Positions 46,800-57,900 of a DNA stretch of 64,000 nucleotides are shown piece after piece (the stretch's first letter is position 1; each line of letters starts with the position of its first letter). Origin of the DNA: Candidatus Saccharimonadota bacterium (GTDB lineage: Bacteria > Patescibacteriota > Saccharimonadia > Saccharimonadales > DTSZ01). Location: contig DTSZ01000001.1 in the NCBI GenBank assembly GCA_012965045.1, forward strand, positions 439,763 to 503,762, written 5' to 3'. A model generated the notes under the pieces. The model was not told the origin of the DNA. It searched no databases and saw only the letters and a list, made by a program, of their open reading frames with translations. Made by a program: the position numbers and the translations under genes.

Positions 46800-47984
46800 T
46801 TATTTTATGCTTAATCGAATTATTTGATCACTACCACCACCGTTGTCGGTGGTTATGTAAATATCTTGGTTTGGCGCCTGCACAACAGACCGCACCCGAC
46901 CAATGTCATCAAGGACTTCAAATTCTTGAGCCACACTCCTTGCGTCATCGTTAAATAATAAGGCCCGAACATGCTGGTCTTTTTGAACTGCCAGCAGCAC
47001 CGCGCCATTCAACAAGCCCCACTGCTCACCTTCAATAAATTCTGCTCCACTTACAGCAATAGTAGGGTCGCCAGACAACCATACAGCCTCAATAGCGTTA
47101 GGGTAGCTATCGAGATCAGTCATAGGAGTGCCAGACTCTGTGTAGCCAGGTACCGGGTCCCAGCCAAAATTGCCTGTCGCTAACATGTTTAGTTCGTCGT
47201 CAACATCGCTGCCGTGCTCGGCGCTATAACCAAATCCATCGCCGCCAAGGGCAAGTCCTTGAACATTCCGGTGGCCAAAGCTAAAAATTCGCTCATCAAA
47301 CTCGCCGCCTATATTTCCTTCAATACCGCTGCCGTCTCTGTCGACGCGCAATACCTTTCCGCCTAAACTTCGCGGGTTTTGTGGAGTGGTACCAATAGCG
47401 GCATCGCCGGTGCCAACCCACACAACACCACCGGTATCAACCCGAACTCTACAGCCACTATGTCGCCCCGGGAAGGTTGATAAATTATACGGAATCCCAG
47501 TAATTATGTCGGTGCGATCAATTAAACTATTTGCGTCTTGAGCTACCTGCCATCGAACAACGCGTACGTCCGGCTGGCTGTCACTGTTTGAAGCAAAGCA
47601 GGCATATAAAAATCTGTTAGTCTCAAAGTCTGAGTCAAGCGCCAGTCCCATCATGCCTGCCTCACCTTCAACTCGCGCATCCAGCGGAGCTGCGATTACC
47701 TTTCGCTTACCATTCACTAACCGCGATATTGTGCCGCCTTTTTCGGTAAAGAAAACCTCCCCTGCTGCCGACACCGCTACATCCCACGGTTTGGTCAAGT
47801 TATCAACCAAGGTTATTCGACTAAATTCCGGCAAGGTGCCATTGGCTAAAACTGAAATATTTTCTTTGGTCGCAAGATTTGGCTCAGGTGCCTCAACCAC
47901 ATTCTCATTTACAAGGTAGGTAAAGCTGGCAACTCCGGCTACAACAGTTGCGGCTACAAAAATATAGGCTATGAGCTTTCTCAT
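46800..47984 (-). CDS. PQQ-dependent sugar dehydrogenase-like beta-propeller (YliI/sorbosone dehydrogenase family), membrane anchored
   Basis: N-terminal anchor plus the motifs FSFGHRNVQGLAL and EHGSDVDDELN, which are typical of the GSDH family. Confidence 0.75.
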   Translation of the reverse strand: MRKLIAYIFVAATVVAGVASFTYLVNENVVEAPEPNLATKENISVLANGTLPEFSRITLVDNLTKPWDVAVSAAGEVFFTEKGGTISRLVNGKRKVIAAPLDARVEGEAGMMGLALDSDFETNRFLYACFASNSDSQPDVRVVRWQVAQDANSLIDRTDIITGIPYNLSTFPGRHSGCRVRVDTGGVVWVGTGDAAIGTTPQNPRSLGGKVLRVDRDGSGIEGNIGGEFDERIFSFGHRNVQGLALGGDGFGYSAEHGSDVDDELNMLATGNFGWDPVPGYTESGTPMTDLDSYPNAIEAVWLSGDPTIAVSGAEFIEGEQWGLLNGAVLLAVQKDQHVRALLFNDDARSVAQEFEVLDDIGRVRSVVQAPNQDIYITTDNGGGSDQIIRLSIK

Positions 47985-48005
47985 AAGCTTAATTATAGCA
48001 GTCTG

Positions 48006-49256
48006 CTATGCGGATATGATTCCACCACCAAGACATACGTCGCCGTCGTACACAACTGCCGATTGTCCTGGGCTCAAGGCTTTAACGTCTTTGTTTAGTG
48101 TTATTGAGTCATTTGCATAGCTGCAATCGATCAACTCTCCTTGGTGACGGTAGCGAACTTGGTAGGTTTTATCTGGTTGTGGTTGGTTGTTAATCCAGTG
48201 TTGGCTGGTAAGTTGTATTGTATTTGACCATAACTTTTGGTCTGTAATGTCACTGGTCACATAAACGGTATTTGTCGACATGTCTTTATGGGTGACGTAA
48301 TATGGCAAGCCACCGCCAACTCCAAGGCCAGACCGCTGGCCAATAGTGTAGAAAATTGCACCATCGTGCTGCCCAATTTCGTTTCCGTTTTGGTCAACTA
48401 TTGGACCGGGGTTGGTTTCTACGAATTCTTTCAAAAAATCTTTTATTCCGACCTTGCCGACAAAACAAATACCCATGCTTTCTTTTTTGCCGGCGGTTAC
48501 TAAGCCACGTTTTTTAGCTTCGGCTTTTACGTCAGTTTTAAGCATGTCGCCAAGAGGAAACAACGTCTTTTGCAAGGCAACTTGCTCTACTCGGTATAAA
48601 AAGTATGTTTGATCCTTAAAATCATCACGAGCCTTAAAAAGACCATGTGTTCCGGATGCACTCTCTTTCTCTGACATCGATGAAATACGATGAAGATTTG
48701 ATGCACGCAAGGAAGTGTGCAAATTAGCACTCTGACTGAGTACAGCAGAATCTGAAGAAGTAGTTCGCGATGAGTCGTGTGGCGCAGCCGGCTGTGCCGT
48801 GTTGGCAGACACGACGCTCAGAGGAAGAGAGCGGGCATAGTGTCCGGTTGCAATCAAATCAGCCCCTTGCTCCATAGCCGTATCAAAATATAATCTAAAT
48901 TTAATCTCTTGATTACACATTACATCTGGATTTGGAGTTTCGCCGCGCTTGTAGGTGTCGAGCATGTAGTCCACCACCTTTTCGCGGTAATCATTCTGGA
49001 AATCAAACATTTCAAATGGAATACCCAGCTGCACCGCTACCCGCTTAGCGTCTTGGTAGTCGTCCCGCCACGGGCATTCCCAGCCGCCAATATCTTGAGC
49101 CCAGTTTTTCATAAAAACGCCAACCACGTCGTAGCCCTGCTCTTTTAATAATGCAGCGCTAACTGATGAATCTACACCGCCACTTAAACCGACGAATACT
49201 GTTTTCATAACAGAGATGAGTGTAGCACAAAACACCCACCTATATTTCTCGTCCAT
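48006..49256 (-). CDS. mnmA: tRNA-specific 2-thiouridylase MnmA, with a low-complexity internal insertion
   Basis: PP-loop VGLSGGVDSS, GHYAR, KDQTYFLY and the C-terminal barrel. Start placed at the ATG (49256) preceded by GAGGAGAGGGAGAGG. Alternative start at 49208 (MKTVFVGLSGG). Confidence 0.9.
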   Translation of the reverse strand: MDEKYRWVFCATLISVMKTVFVGLSGGVDSSVSAALLKEQGYDVVGVFMKNWAQDIGGWECPWRDDYQDAKRVAVQLGIPFEMFDFQNDYREKVVDYMLDTYKRGETPNPDVMCNQEIKFRLYFDTAMEQGADLIATGHYARSLPLSVVSANTAQPAAPHDSSRTTSSDSAVLSQSANLHTSLRASNLHRISSMSEKESASGTHGLFKARDDFKDQTYFLYRVEQVALQKTLFPLGDMLKTDVKAEAKKRGLVTAGKKESMGICFVGKVGIKDFLKEFVETNPGPIVDQNGNEIGQHDGAIFYTIGQRSGLGVGGGLPYYVTHKDMSTNTVYVTSDITDQKLWSNTIQLTSQHWINNQPQPDKTYQVRYRHQGELIDCSYANDSITLNKDVKALSPGQSAVVYDGDVCLGGGIISA

Positions 49257-49300
49257 ACCTCTCCCTCTCCTCACCCAACCGCTACCCAAAAGCTCTTGCA

Positions 49301-49337
49301 CTAAAACTGATTTAAAACTGTTTTAAATCAGTTTTAG
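49301..49337. repeat. 37-bp perfect palindrome (18+1+18) between pilB and mnmA
   Basis: CTAAAACTGATTTAAAAC-T-GTTTTAAATCAGTTTTAG, read directly from the sequence. Confidence 0.8.
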
Positions 49338-49485
49338 CGATAGATGACGGCTGCGGACTGTAACGTTGATGTTTAGTTACATGTTTTATATGGGTATATG
49401 CCTGGGGTTGTATCGGTCTACGCATAGTAAATGCCTAGCTATGTGTTTGGGTTTATAGGGTTTTTGCTTAGATGAGTGGCAGGGA

Positions 49486-51054
49486 CTAAGGACGGCCGAG
49501 AACTCGATACACTTCATCGAGCGTTGTCTGGCCGAGTAATGCTTTTAGTAGTCCGTCTTGCACAATAGTTATCATGCCCTTCTCTACTGCAAAGTTATGA
49601 ATATCAAGGGCTGAACCGGCTTGTTTTACAATAAAATCTGCCATGAGCTCGTCGACTTGCATTTGTTCAGCCACCACTACCCTGCCCTTGTAGCCAATAT
49701 TATTACAGGTAGCGCAGCCATGGGCGGTATAGAGCCGTGGTTCGTGCATAGCTTTGCCTTTAATGGCGTCTGGTACAGTTTGCATATAGCCAAATAACTC
49801 TTTTAACTCTGCCTCATTTGGTTTTCGCGGCTGTTTACAAGCATCGCAGACTCTGCGCACCAATCGTTGAGCCATAACCAACCGAATAGCTGACGCCAGC
49901 ATTGAATTTCGACCAATCATATCGGTTAAACGACTTACTGCGGCGGCTGCCGAATTAGCATGGAAGGTTGACACCACGAAATGGCCAGTTAACGAGGCTT
50001 GCAGTGCGGTCGCTGCGGTGTCTGGATCACGAATTTCGCCGACCATAATAATGTCTGGGTCTTCTCGGACCACGCTGCGCAAACGCCCAGCAAAGGAGTC
50101 ACCGCGCGAGCTGTCGACAGGAATCTGCGTAACCCCCCGTAACTCATACTCCACCGGGTCTTCTAAGGTAACGATTTTGTTATTGTCGCTGCGTAGTTGA
50201 TTTAGGATCGAATACAGCGTTGATGTTTTACCCGACCCGGTTGGACCAACAGACAGCAACAAACCATGCGGTTGTGCGACGATCGAGTCCACGACCGCTT
50301 GCTGGTGCGGCAGCATACCCAAATTTTCAAGGTTTAAATATTCTTCTTCGATGGTAAACAACCGTAAAACAATGTCGTCACCACCGACTGCTGGAATAAT
50401 TTCAATACGAATATTAAGTGTTTTGGTCTGGCCGTTTTCATCCTCCACATCAGTGCTTATGTGACCAGTCTGGCCATACTCACTCATCACATTGGTGTCG
50501 CCCTTAATTTTAATATCACCAAGAATGCTGCGGTAAGCTAGGGCATCGATTTTGTCGACAGGCTGCAGCCGTCCGTCAATTCTAAACCGTATGCGGGCAA
50601 AATCGTCTTCTGGTTCTATATGAACGTCACTGGCATGAGCCCGAAAAGCTTTGGTCACCAAAAACTCCAGCCGTTTCTTGCCTTCGACCTTCATTAATGA
50701 CTGATTTAAATCTTTAAGTGGGTCAATTTCTGGCTCATAGACTTGCTTGAAACGACTAAACATCTCTGCAAATCCAGTTTGAGAAATCATTCGTAGATCC
50801 AGGTTTTCGTTGATGTACCGCTGCTTTAAAGCGCGTAAATAGGTCTGCGGCGTCCGCTCGCTAAATGCCAAGCTAACCCCAAAATTTGTACGGCCGAGTG
50901 GAATTACTTTGTTCTCCTTTATCTCGGTATACGGTAGTAAATCTTCATTTACCTCTGGTTCAGGTAAGCTACGGGCATCGCTATACCGCGCGCCTATTCT
51001 ATAGGCTAAGCGCTCTACTTGGTCTTCTTCTTGGTCTCGTTGGTACTGATTCAT
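49486..51054 (-). CDS. pilB: Type IV pilus / type II secretion assembly ATPase (PilB/GspE family)
   Basis: Walker A GPTGSGKTST, Asp and His boxes, Walker B (IMVGEIRD) and the tetracysteine motif CDACKQP...CATCNNIGYKGR. Confidence 0.9.
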   Translation of the reverse strand: MNQYQRDQEEDQVERLAYRIGARYSDARSLPEPEVNEDLLPYTEIKENKVIPLGRTNFGVSLAFSERTPQTYLRALKQRYINENLDLRMISQTGFAEMFSRFKQVYEPEIDPLKDLNQSLMKVEGKKRLEFLVTKAFRAHASDVHIEPEDDFARIRFRIDGRLQPVDKIDALAYRSILGDIKIKGDTNVMSEYGQTGHISTDVEDENGQTKTLNIRIEIIPAVGGDDIVLRLFTIEEEYLNLENLGMLPHQQAVVDSIVAQPHGLLLSVGPTGSGKTSTLYSILNQLRSDNNKIVTLEDPVEYELRGVTQIPVDSSRGDSFAGRLRSVVREDPDIIMVGEIRDPDTAATALQASLTGHFVVSTFHANSAAAAVSRLTDMIGRNSMLASAIRLVMAQRLVRRVCDACKQPRKPNEAELKELFGYMQTVPDAIKGKAMHEPRLYTAHGCATCNNIGYKGRVVVAEQMQVDELMADFIVKQAGSALDIHNFAVEKGMITIVQDGLLKALLGQTTLDEVYRVLGRP

Positions 51055-51058
51055 AAGC

Positions 51059-51838
51059 TTAATTCAAGGCTGCAATATAGCCGCTCAATTGGTCAAGGTC
51101 AAGCTGATCAGCAGACTGAATAAACACCAGTAGTTTATTTTTTGTAAATATAACCGTCTCAATGCCATCTAAAACTGACACCCCTCGGTAGGCGTGCACA
51201 TCTTCGCCTACACTAATTTTTTCTGTGGCTGCAAAACCTTCAGCTAAGTCTTTTACGTTTGTATCGGGGTCACCTAAAAAATCGCTTGGCAGTGACTGCA
51301 TGCTAACAGTTACGCCGACTCCGCCAATGGAATCGACAAAACTAGACACCCCTTTGTCAGGATCAAAACGAATGTTTTCTTCGGTAACTTCAGCAGTGGC
51401 TGGCAATAAGTAATCGGTCGGCTGCGCAGTGGCCGCAGCAGCCGAGCCAGTTGTGGCTGCTGTGTCGGAGGTTGAAGAAATTTCCGGCGTTAGCTCTTGA
51501 CTAGACGATCCAGTAAGCGGTCCGTAAGCAACCCCTAAATAGACGACTAAAGCCGCTCCAGCGATATAGCCAAGGTGCTTAGCCTCAAATTTTAATACAA
51601 TCCAGTCTGTTAGTTTTTTTAGTTGAGTTTTCGGCACAAAATTTTTTAGGTCTTTGGCCTGAGCTCTAAGTTCCTTGGTAGTTAATTTAGCCTTAGCTTT
51701 ATAAAACTGCTTTAATTTGTCGGCGTCACCACTGTCTTTTAGGTCTTTTACAACCAGCTGGCGTACAGCTTTTTTAAAAGCTTTTTCGTCAGCATACAGC
51801 CAGCGCAGTGCCTTAATTTGTTGTTTATCTACCGCCAT
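51059..51838 (-). CDS. Hypothetical bitopic membrane protein (259 aa) immediately upstream of pilB
   Basis: Lys-rich cytoplasmic N-terminus, one TM helix (LGYIAGAALVVYLGVAYG), a Ser/Thr/Ala linker and an extracytoplasmic domain. Its stop lies 4 nt before the pilB start. Confidence 0.6.
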   Translation of the reverse strand: MAVDKQQIKALRWLYADEKAFKKAVRQLVVKDLKDSGDADKLKQFYKAKAKLTTKELRAQAKDLKNFVPKTQLKKLTDWIVLKFEAKHLGYIAGAALVVYLGVAYGPLTGSSSQELTPEISSTSDTAATTGSAAAATAQPTDYLLPATAEVTEENIRFDPDKGVSSFVDSIGGVGVTVSMQSLPSDFLGDPDTNVKDLAEGFAATEKISVGEDVHAYRGVSVLDGIETVIFTKNKLLVFIQSADQLDLDQLSGYIAALN

Positions 51839-51919
51839 GTTTTTCTCTCGTTCAGTATGGTTTTATTTTAACACAAGCACCATCGCACCGAAGCTGGTTG
51901 GCTGGTACTGTTCAATTTT

Positions 51920-54900
51920 TTAAATGTCATAGTAAACCTCAATGACCATATGATCTGCTCGACCAGTATTTATACCTGTTAGGTTAAATAGCCTAAATTC
52001 TGCACCAAAGCTTGATGAATTAATGTCGTCAGGTGTCCAGGTCGTCCCCCACAATTCAGTGCTGTCACCTATCCAGACCATCTGGTCAACATCAGTTAAT
52101 GTTGCTCCTGGATTTGATGATGCTGGTGTGCCGCCCTTGATCATGCGAACGCTATCGATCGACACATTGCCGCTGTCGGCAGTGTCAGACGCCTCAATGC
52201 CGACACGTATGCCAGTTATATCGGCAGAGGTTGGGATATTAAATCCAAAATCTGTTCCGCGCAGATAGTCAGTTGTGCCGACAGTGGCAAATATCGCCGT
52301 GGCATACGAATCGTCTGAATCATCTACATTAGATGCACTAGTCCAAGAGACATTGCCCGATGAATCAGTCGTGAATGTGCTACCACTAAATGGATCGCTG
52401 ACTTCATTGGTAGTGAATGGAGTATCGAGCGGTTGCTTTTCACCACCAGTAAAGGTTTTACCATGCCGCAGGCGCTTGCTTGGGTCTGACGTAAAGAATA
52501 GCGACAAGTCGTCAATAGTTGGACCACGAGCAATGTCGTCTGGATAGCCATAGGTTCTTGAACTATCTATCTCGATTGTAAAATAAAAGTACCGAGCAAA
52601 GTTAGTGTTAGACCCAGCGCCGTCAAGCGGTAGATATGATTCTGGTTGACCAAGGGTAGCTTCACCGAAATCAGTATCAACACCCCAAGAGTTCGCTGCA
52701 TCCGTCGAAGACCGATAGGCAACTTCCCAACGTGAACCGATTGAGTTATCGAGTCCGTTTAACAGCCATTTAGTTGGGAATACGTCAGTATCGGTGTCAA
52801 TTAAACGCGAGTAGCGTGCAACTTGTGGTTGCGAGCGAACGCTACCGTAATAATGCTGGGTTGAGGTCAATTCACTGCCACACCCACCGCCAGATACGTA
52901 CACCTTGCCGTCTGCATAAGCCACCGCTGAAGAATATCTGTCGCCAGTAAATTCAATGTTTGTTTGATACCACTCACCAATACCAGTTGGATTGTTGCCC
53001 GTAGCAATTGTTGTATTAGCACTCATTGGTGCGACGTAGGTATTGTTGGTGCATGTGCTAGTAGCCGATCGACCGCCAACAATATACATAAATCCATTAA
53101 CAGCAAAACCCTCTGCATCGCTAACTTGCCGCGGCAAGTTAGTACTAAAAGTCCACGGGTCAAGCGTACCGTCGCTGTTTATTTGCGTGAACTGCACGTC
53201 GCTCAAGTAATTAGTCCCGTCATTACCGCCAATTACATACAGGTTGTTGGCGTAGGCAATGGCAGTTGCGCCACTCCGCGCCACGTCAAACTGGTCGGTG
53301 TCAGAGCTCCAAGCAGTGGTAATGTTTCCGCCACTACTAAGTTGCGGCGAAATGTAGATGGTATTTGTTTCTGAGTTTGAATCATCAAGGCCGCCAGTTA
53401 CAAACAGACGGTCGTCCCAAACCGTGGCGCCATGGCGCGTTCTGTCACCAGGTAGTCCATTGGTTGCCGTCGCCCAAGTCGTAACGTCACCCGGACCACC
53501 GCCGTTGCCGGCAAAGTTACCAAAGTCCACCGACTGCACCCAGCCTTCTTGGTTATTGCCGCTGTAGCTTTTGTTCATGCTGATAGAGTTTGACGAATCA
53601 TGATAATGACTCCAGCCCGCTGTACGCGAATAGGCTGTTCCTGTACCACTGTCTGAGTAGTAAAACAACGGGACTCGATAGCCTTCCGAAGTTGTTATAT
53701 TACCAGCCGTCGACACATTCTCGCTGACAATGGCATTGTCGACTGATTGGCTAAAGCTGGTTCCATAATTTGCTTGGCTCACAAACTGGTAGTCAGTAGC
53801 TATGTTCGAGTGGGCCATGACATAGACTGTGTCATCACGTACATCAGCACCAGCTGAATGGTGTGAACCAAGGGCTACGGTTGTTTCTGAAGTATTTTCA
53901 TTAACACCATCACCTAAAGTTAGAATCTTACCAAACGAACCATCACCTAAACCATTTTGCTCTGATGTACCGGGAGACTTCCACAGCCAGGTGTTATCGC
54001 GGGTGGTCGATGTAATAGACTGGGTTGTGTATTCACTGGTTGCGTCTGCCCCTGCACCACCAGCATTCCAGTTGTCAAAATCAACTTCTTGAACCGTCCA
54101 GTTACTCCCCCACTCCACCACATAGACTGTCACATCGGCTGCTGCGGCGGTGCCGGCACTACTGTCTCGTTCAATTCTAATTTGGTTAGTACTATTTTTG
54201 CTAATACGCACGCCAGCTGTGGGGCTGAAGTTATTTTGGTTTGATTCTGACGTACTCAACCCACCGCCAAGATAACCACCAAAGGGTACCGTTCGGCTGT
54301 TATGAGCAGATGCTAGGGTGGTGTCAGTTAATAAGTTACCATTGGCCAGCGACACGTCTAACACCTCGCTTAACTCAAAACCATCAGTTGTACAACTACT
54401 AACACATTCAACGACGGTGACAGAACCAACCCAATCCTCGGCACCGCTGCCTTTTTCTAAGCGAATTTCGTCGCTACTTGTTGTGGCCGTCAGATCGCCA
54501 AATGGATCGCCGTCTACCCGCACTTGTGAGTGGTCTGGTCCACTGGTATTACCTGAATCATCGCCACCAGCGACCATCACAAAATAATCAGACTCAAGGT
54601 CTTGCTCCAACGAGAGGGTGTAGGTTGTCCCCGTAAATTCACCACCTGCAATTTTATACTGTGTAGTACGTATTGTGTCCGGCGTAGCAGCGCTGGAGGT
54701 AGGGGTTGCGTAATAGACCTCGGCTTTTTCGTCGCCAGCGGTGTCTTCACCACCAATGTAATATAACGAACCACCAGCGGTTTCTAGCTGTCCATAGGCC
54801 CGAGCTGCAGGAAGCGCTGCTGTGGTGTCAGCCCACGGGCCAATAGTTCCGTCAGCCGCTAGTGTCGCAAACTGGACATTATTTGTGGCTGTGCCACTAT

Positions 54901-57900
54901 TTTCGCCACCAGCTACATATATTTTTCCGTCTAAAATGGTTGCGGTAGAGCCTATTCGGCTGTTAAGAGTCTCAAAATCTCCCGTCGATTCTGTATAGTT
55001 CGCTGGCGCGCCAGAGTCGTTGTTATATAACTGAAAGGTTTGGATCGATGGCTCAAAACTCGAACAACCACCTGGGCTTGCACCATTATCACAACCACCA
55101 ATAACGTAGGCGTATGAATTTGATACCGTCATACTCAAACCCCAACGTTGCGTAATCTCAATGTTAGATGTCGTATAGGGATCTATGCTGCCGTCGCTCA
55201 CGTCAATTTTAGCCCATTCAATAAATGGCAAGGTTCCAGAACCTGCGTCGAATCCACCAACAGCGTATAAGTGTCCGTTGTAGCCAAAACCGCTACCGCG
55301 GCGGCGGGGGGTACTTAGTAGGTTCGGTTCTTCGTTCCATATACCACCACTTATGGCCACAATATTATTGCTATCATCAATCTGGGCAGATATTGTTTCG
55401 TCTCGGTCTCCGTTGTTTTCGTCAAGACCGCCAATAAGATATAGCCTGTTAGCATATAGCGTACCAGTATGAGCGCCGATGCCTTGATTGCCACCGGCTG
55501 CTGGGTCTGAGTCAATTTGTAATTGCCCCGATGTTGTACAACCACTCACCGCCCCCGAGGTAGCAATATTGCATTTATATGTTCGGGTTGAGTATCGATC
55601 GCCACCACTCGCAGAACAACCAGCGCCACTCGTCGCCTCACAGCCGCCAAGAATATACAGATTACCCGGAACCGACCCAGCATTATTAGGATTAGCGCGA
55701 GAAAACGCATAGACATACGCTACATCCTCGGCGCCAATACTTGTTAAGTCGTTACTGCTCCAACCCCCGTTAAGACTGCCGTCATCATTAACGTCGTTGT
55801 AGTATATGTCGGTATTATTACCACCTCCATCTAAGCCTCCTACAACATAAATACGATTATTGAAGGTTGTAACACCCGCAGCCGCAACTCCGCTGGTTCC
55901 ATTTACACGATTTGAACTGTCAACGCACCATGCCCCTACCCGGGTATGAGGACAAACCGCTGGTTCGTTTAACGACCCGTCGCTCCCAACTTGAGTGTAG
56001 GATACATTGCCGCTCGCCCCCGTACAGGCAAAGTTAGTACAGCCACCAATGACATATAAATAGCCGTTCAAAATAGTGGTCACATTCAGCATCTGACCGC
56101 CCTGGCCAGAGCCATCGCCCGTCGGCGGAAGGTCACAGTCTTGCGGCGTTCCGCCAGAACACGACCCAACACCATCGGCATCGGTAACTCGCACAGTTGA
56201 CACCTCGCCCGGAGGATTAATGACTGCCTTATCAACTGAACTTAACGACAAATTACATTCGCCACTCGTGTCATTCGGCAAACTACAGCCGCCGACTCTA
56301 TAAATATTATTACTCCAAGCATGAAGCCCATAGCCTATGCGGTCATTTGTTATGGTGCTGATGGCGCTCCATTCGTTCAAACTACCGTCGGCGTTGATAC
56401 TCGCTAGCTGCACCTCTGTTCCGACCGACTGGCAATTACTGCCACTCAGCGACGTACAGCCACCCATCAAATAAATGTACGCTCCAAAAATTGTAGTGTT
56501 CTTGCCACCAGCTGTGGACCGACCAGTAGTGAATCCATTCGTCTGCACCCAACTGCCGGCCATAGTTCCATCATCAGCGAGTTTTACGTAATGAACAGTG
56601 TCCAGCAGCGTGCCGTTTTGATTACCACCTAACACATACAGAAAGCCGTTATACACTTCTGCAGATAGTCCTTCACGGGCCGTCGGCAGCGCGTTCATAC
56701 CAGTAGTTGTAATTGTACCCAAGGTGCCTGTTGGTTCGAAGTCAGCATAGCGTACTGTACTTATTCCTCCCGGCGAGGCATTTGTTTGACCGCCAAGAAT
56801 ATATAGCCGGTTATTGTAGGCTACTGCCGAGCTATAGCTCAGTTCTGTCGGCAAGGAGGTGTCCTGATACCAATATACCCAGTTAGCCTTATCTGGATCA
56901 GTTGGATGCCATAAGCTTGGTTCGCCATTTGCACCAAGCTTAGAAATATACACCGTAGATTGACGAGTGCCAGTGTCATCTTCGCCACCAATTACATATA
57001 AAAAGCCATTGTAAGCAACCATGCTAAAACCACGTCGTTCATCTGGTAAATCGTAATCAGCGTCTGTGCACCAGTCCGTACATACCCCAGCCCCTGGATT
57101 TGGACTTTCCAGTTCGCCGGTAGTGTCATTTATGCTCGCCCAATAGACAGAACTTTCGTAGGAATTGGTAACACTTGAATAATAGGTAATAAGCACTTTG
57201 CCGTCAGTACCGGCTGTTCCACTTGAGCTCGTAGCTCCACCCGTACCGCCTTGACCAGCAGAACCTCGGTCAGGGTCAGAAGAGTTTGCGGGTGTCGAAC
57301 CGGTACCGCCTTCTGTAGAATCACTGCTGCCGGTTGTATAGTTTGATCCACCACCACCGCCACCACCGCCGGCATCACCAGCGCTCGAACCAGACCCGCC
57401 ACCGCCGCCGTAGTATCCAGACCCGCCGCCGCCGCCAGCCCCGTAGCCATTAGCATTTGCGTCACCGTCACCACCGTCACCGCCGTTATTGGTACCGCCG
57501 TTATTTTTGCCGCCGTCAGCACCATTGCCGCTGCGACCATCTGCGCCATCGCCACCAGTCTCCGAGCCACCAGAAGAGCCAGAGTTGTTGCCGCCCGTAC
57601 CACCGCTGCCGCCGGCACTGGTTGTGCCTCCACCACCGCCGCCGGCGTCACTCGAACTGTCACCATTGCTACCATCAACACCATCAGCGCCGCCACCCGG
57701 ACCGCCATCCCCGCCATCTACAGAAGATGAGTTATCACCACCACCGCCACCACCGCCGCCAGCAGCTATAATTAGCGGAGTGCTACTTCGATTAACCTCT
57801 GAATGTCCACCACCACCGCCGCCGTCACCAGACAGCGAACCACTACCACCACTACTAAAGTCTCCTTCTTGACCAGCACCACCCACAACTACGTTTAAGG

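Noticed and set aside
57130-57872. ORFs 57457-57771 (His/Arg-rich), 57489-57872 (Pro-rich) and 57130-57717 (Ala/Val-rich) overlapping the giant gene
   Set aside because: They are alternative-frame or antisense readings of the (GGN)n glycine-coding repeat. Their extreme low-complexity composition is an artefact of the repeat, and the 2456-aa frame is the only one that continues for 7.4 kb.
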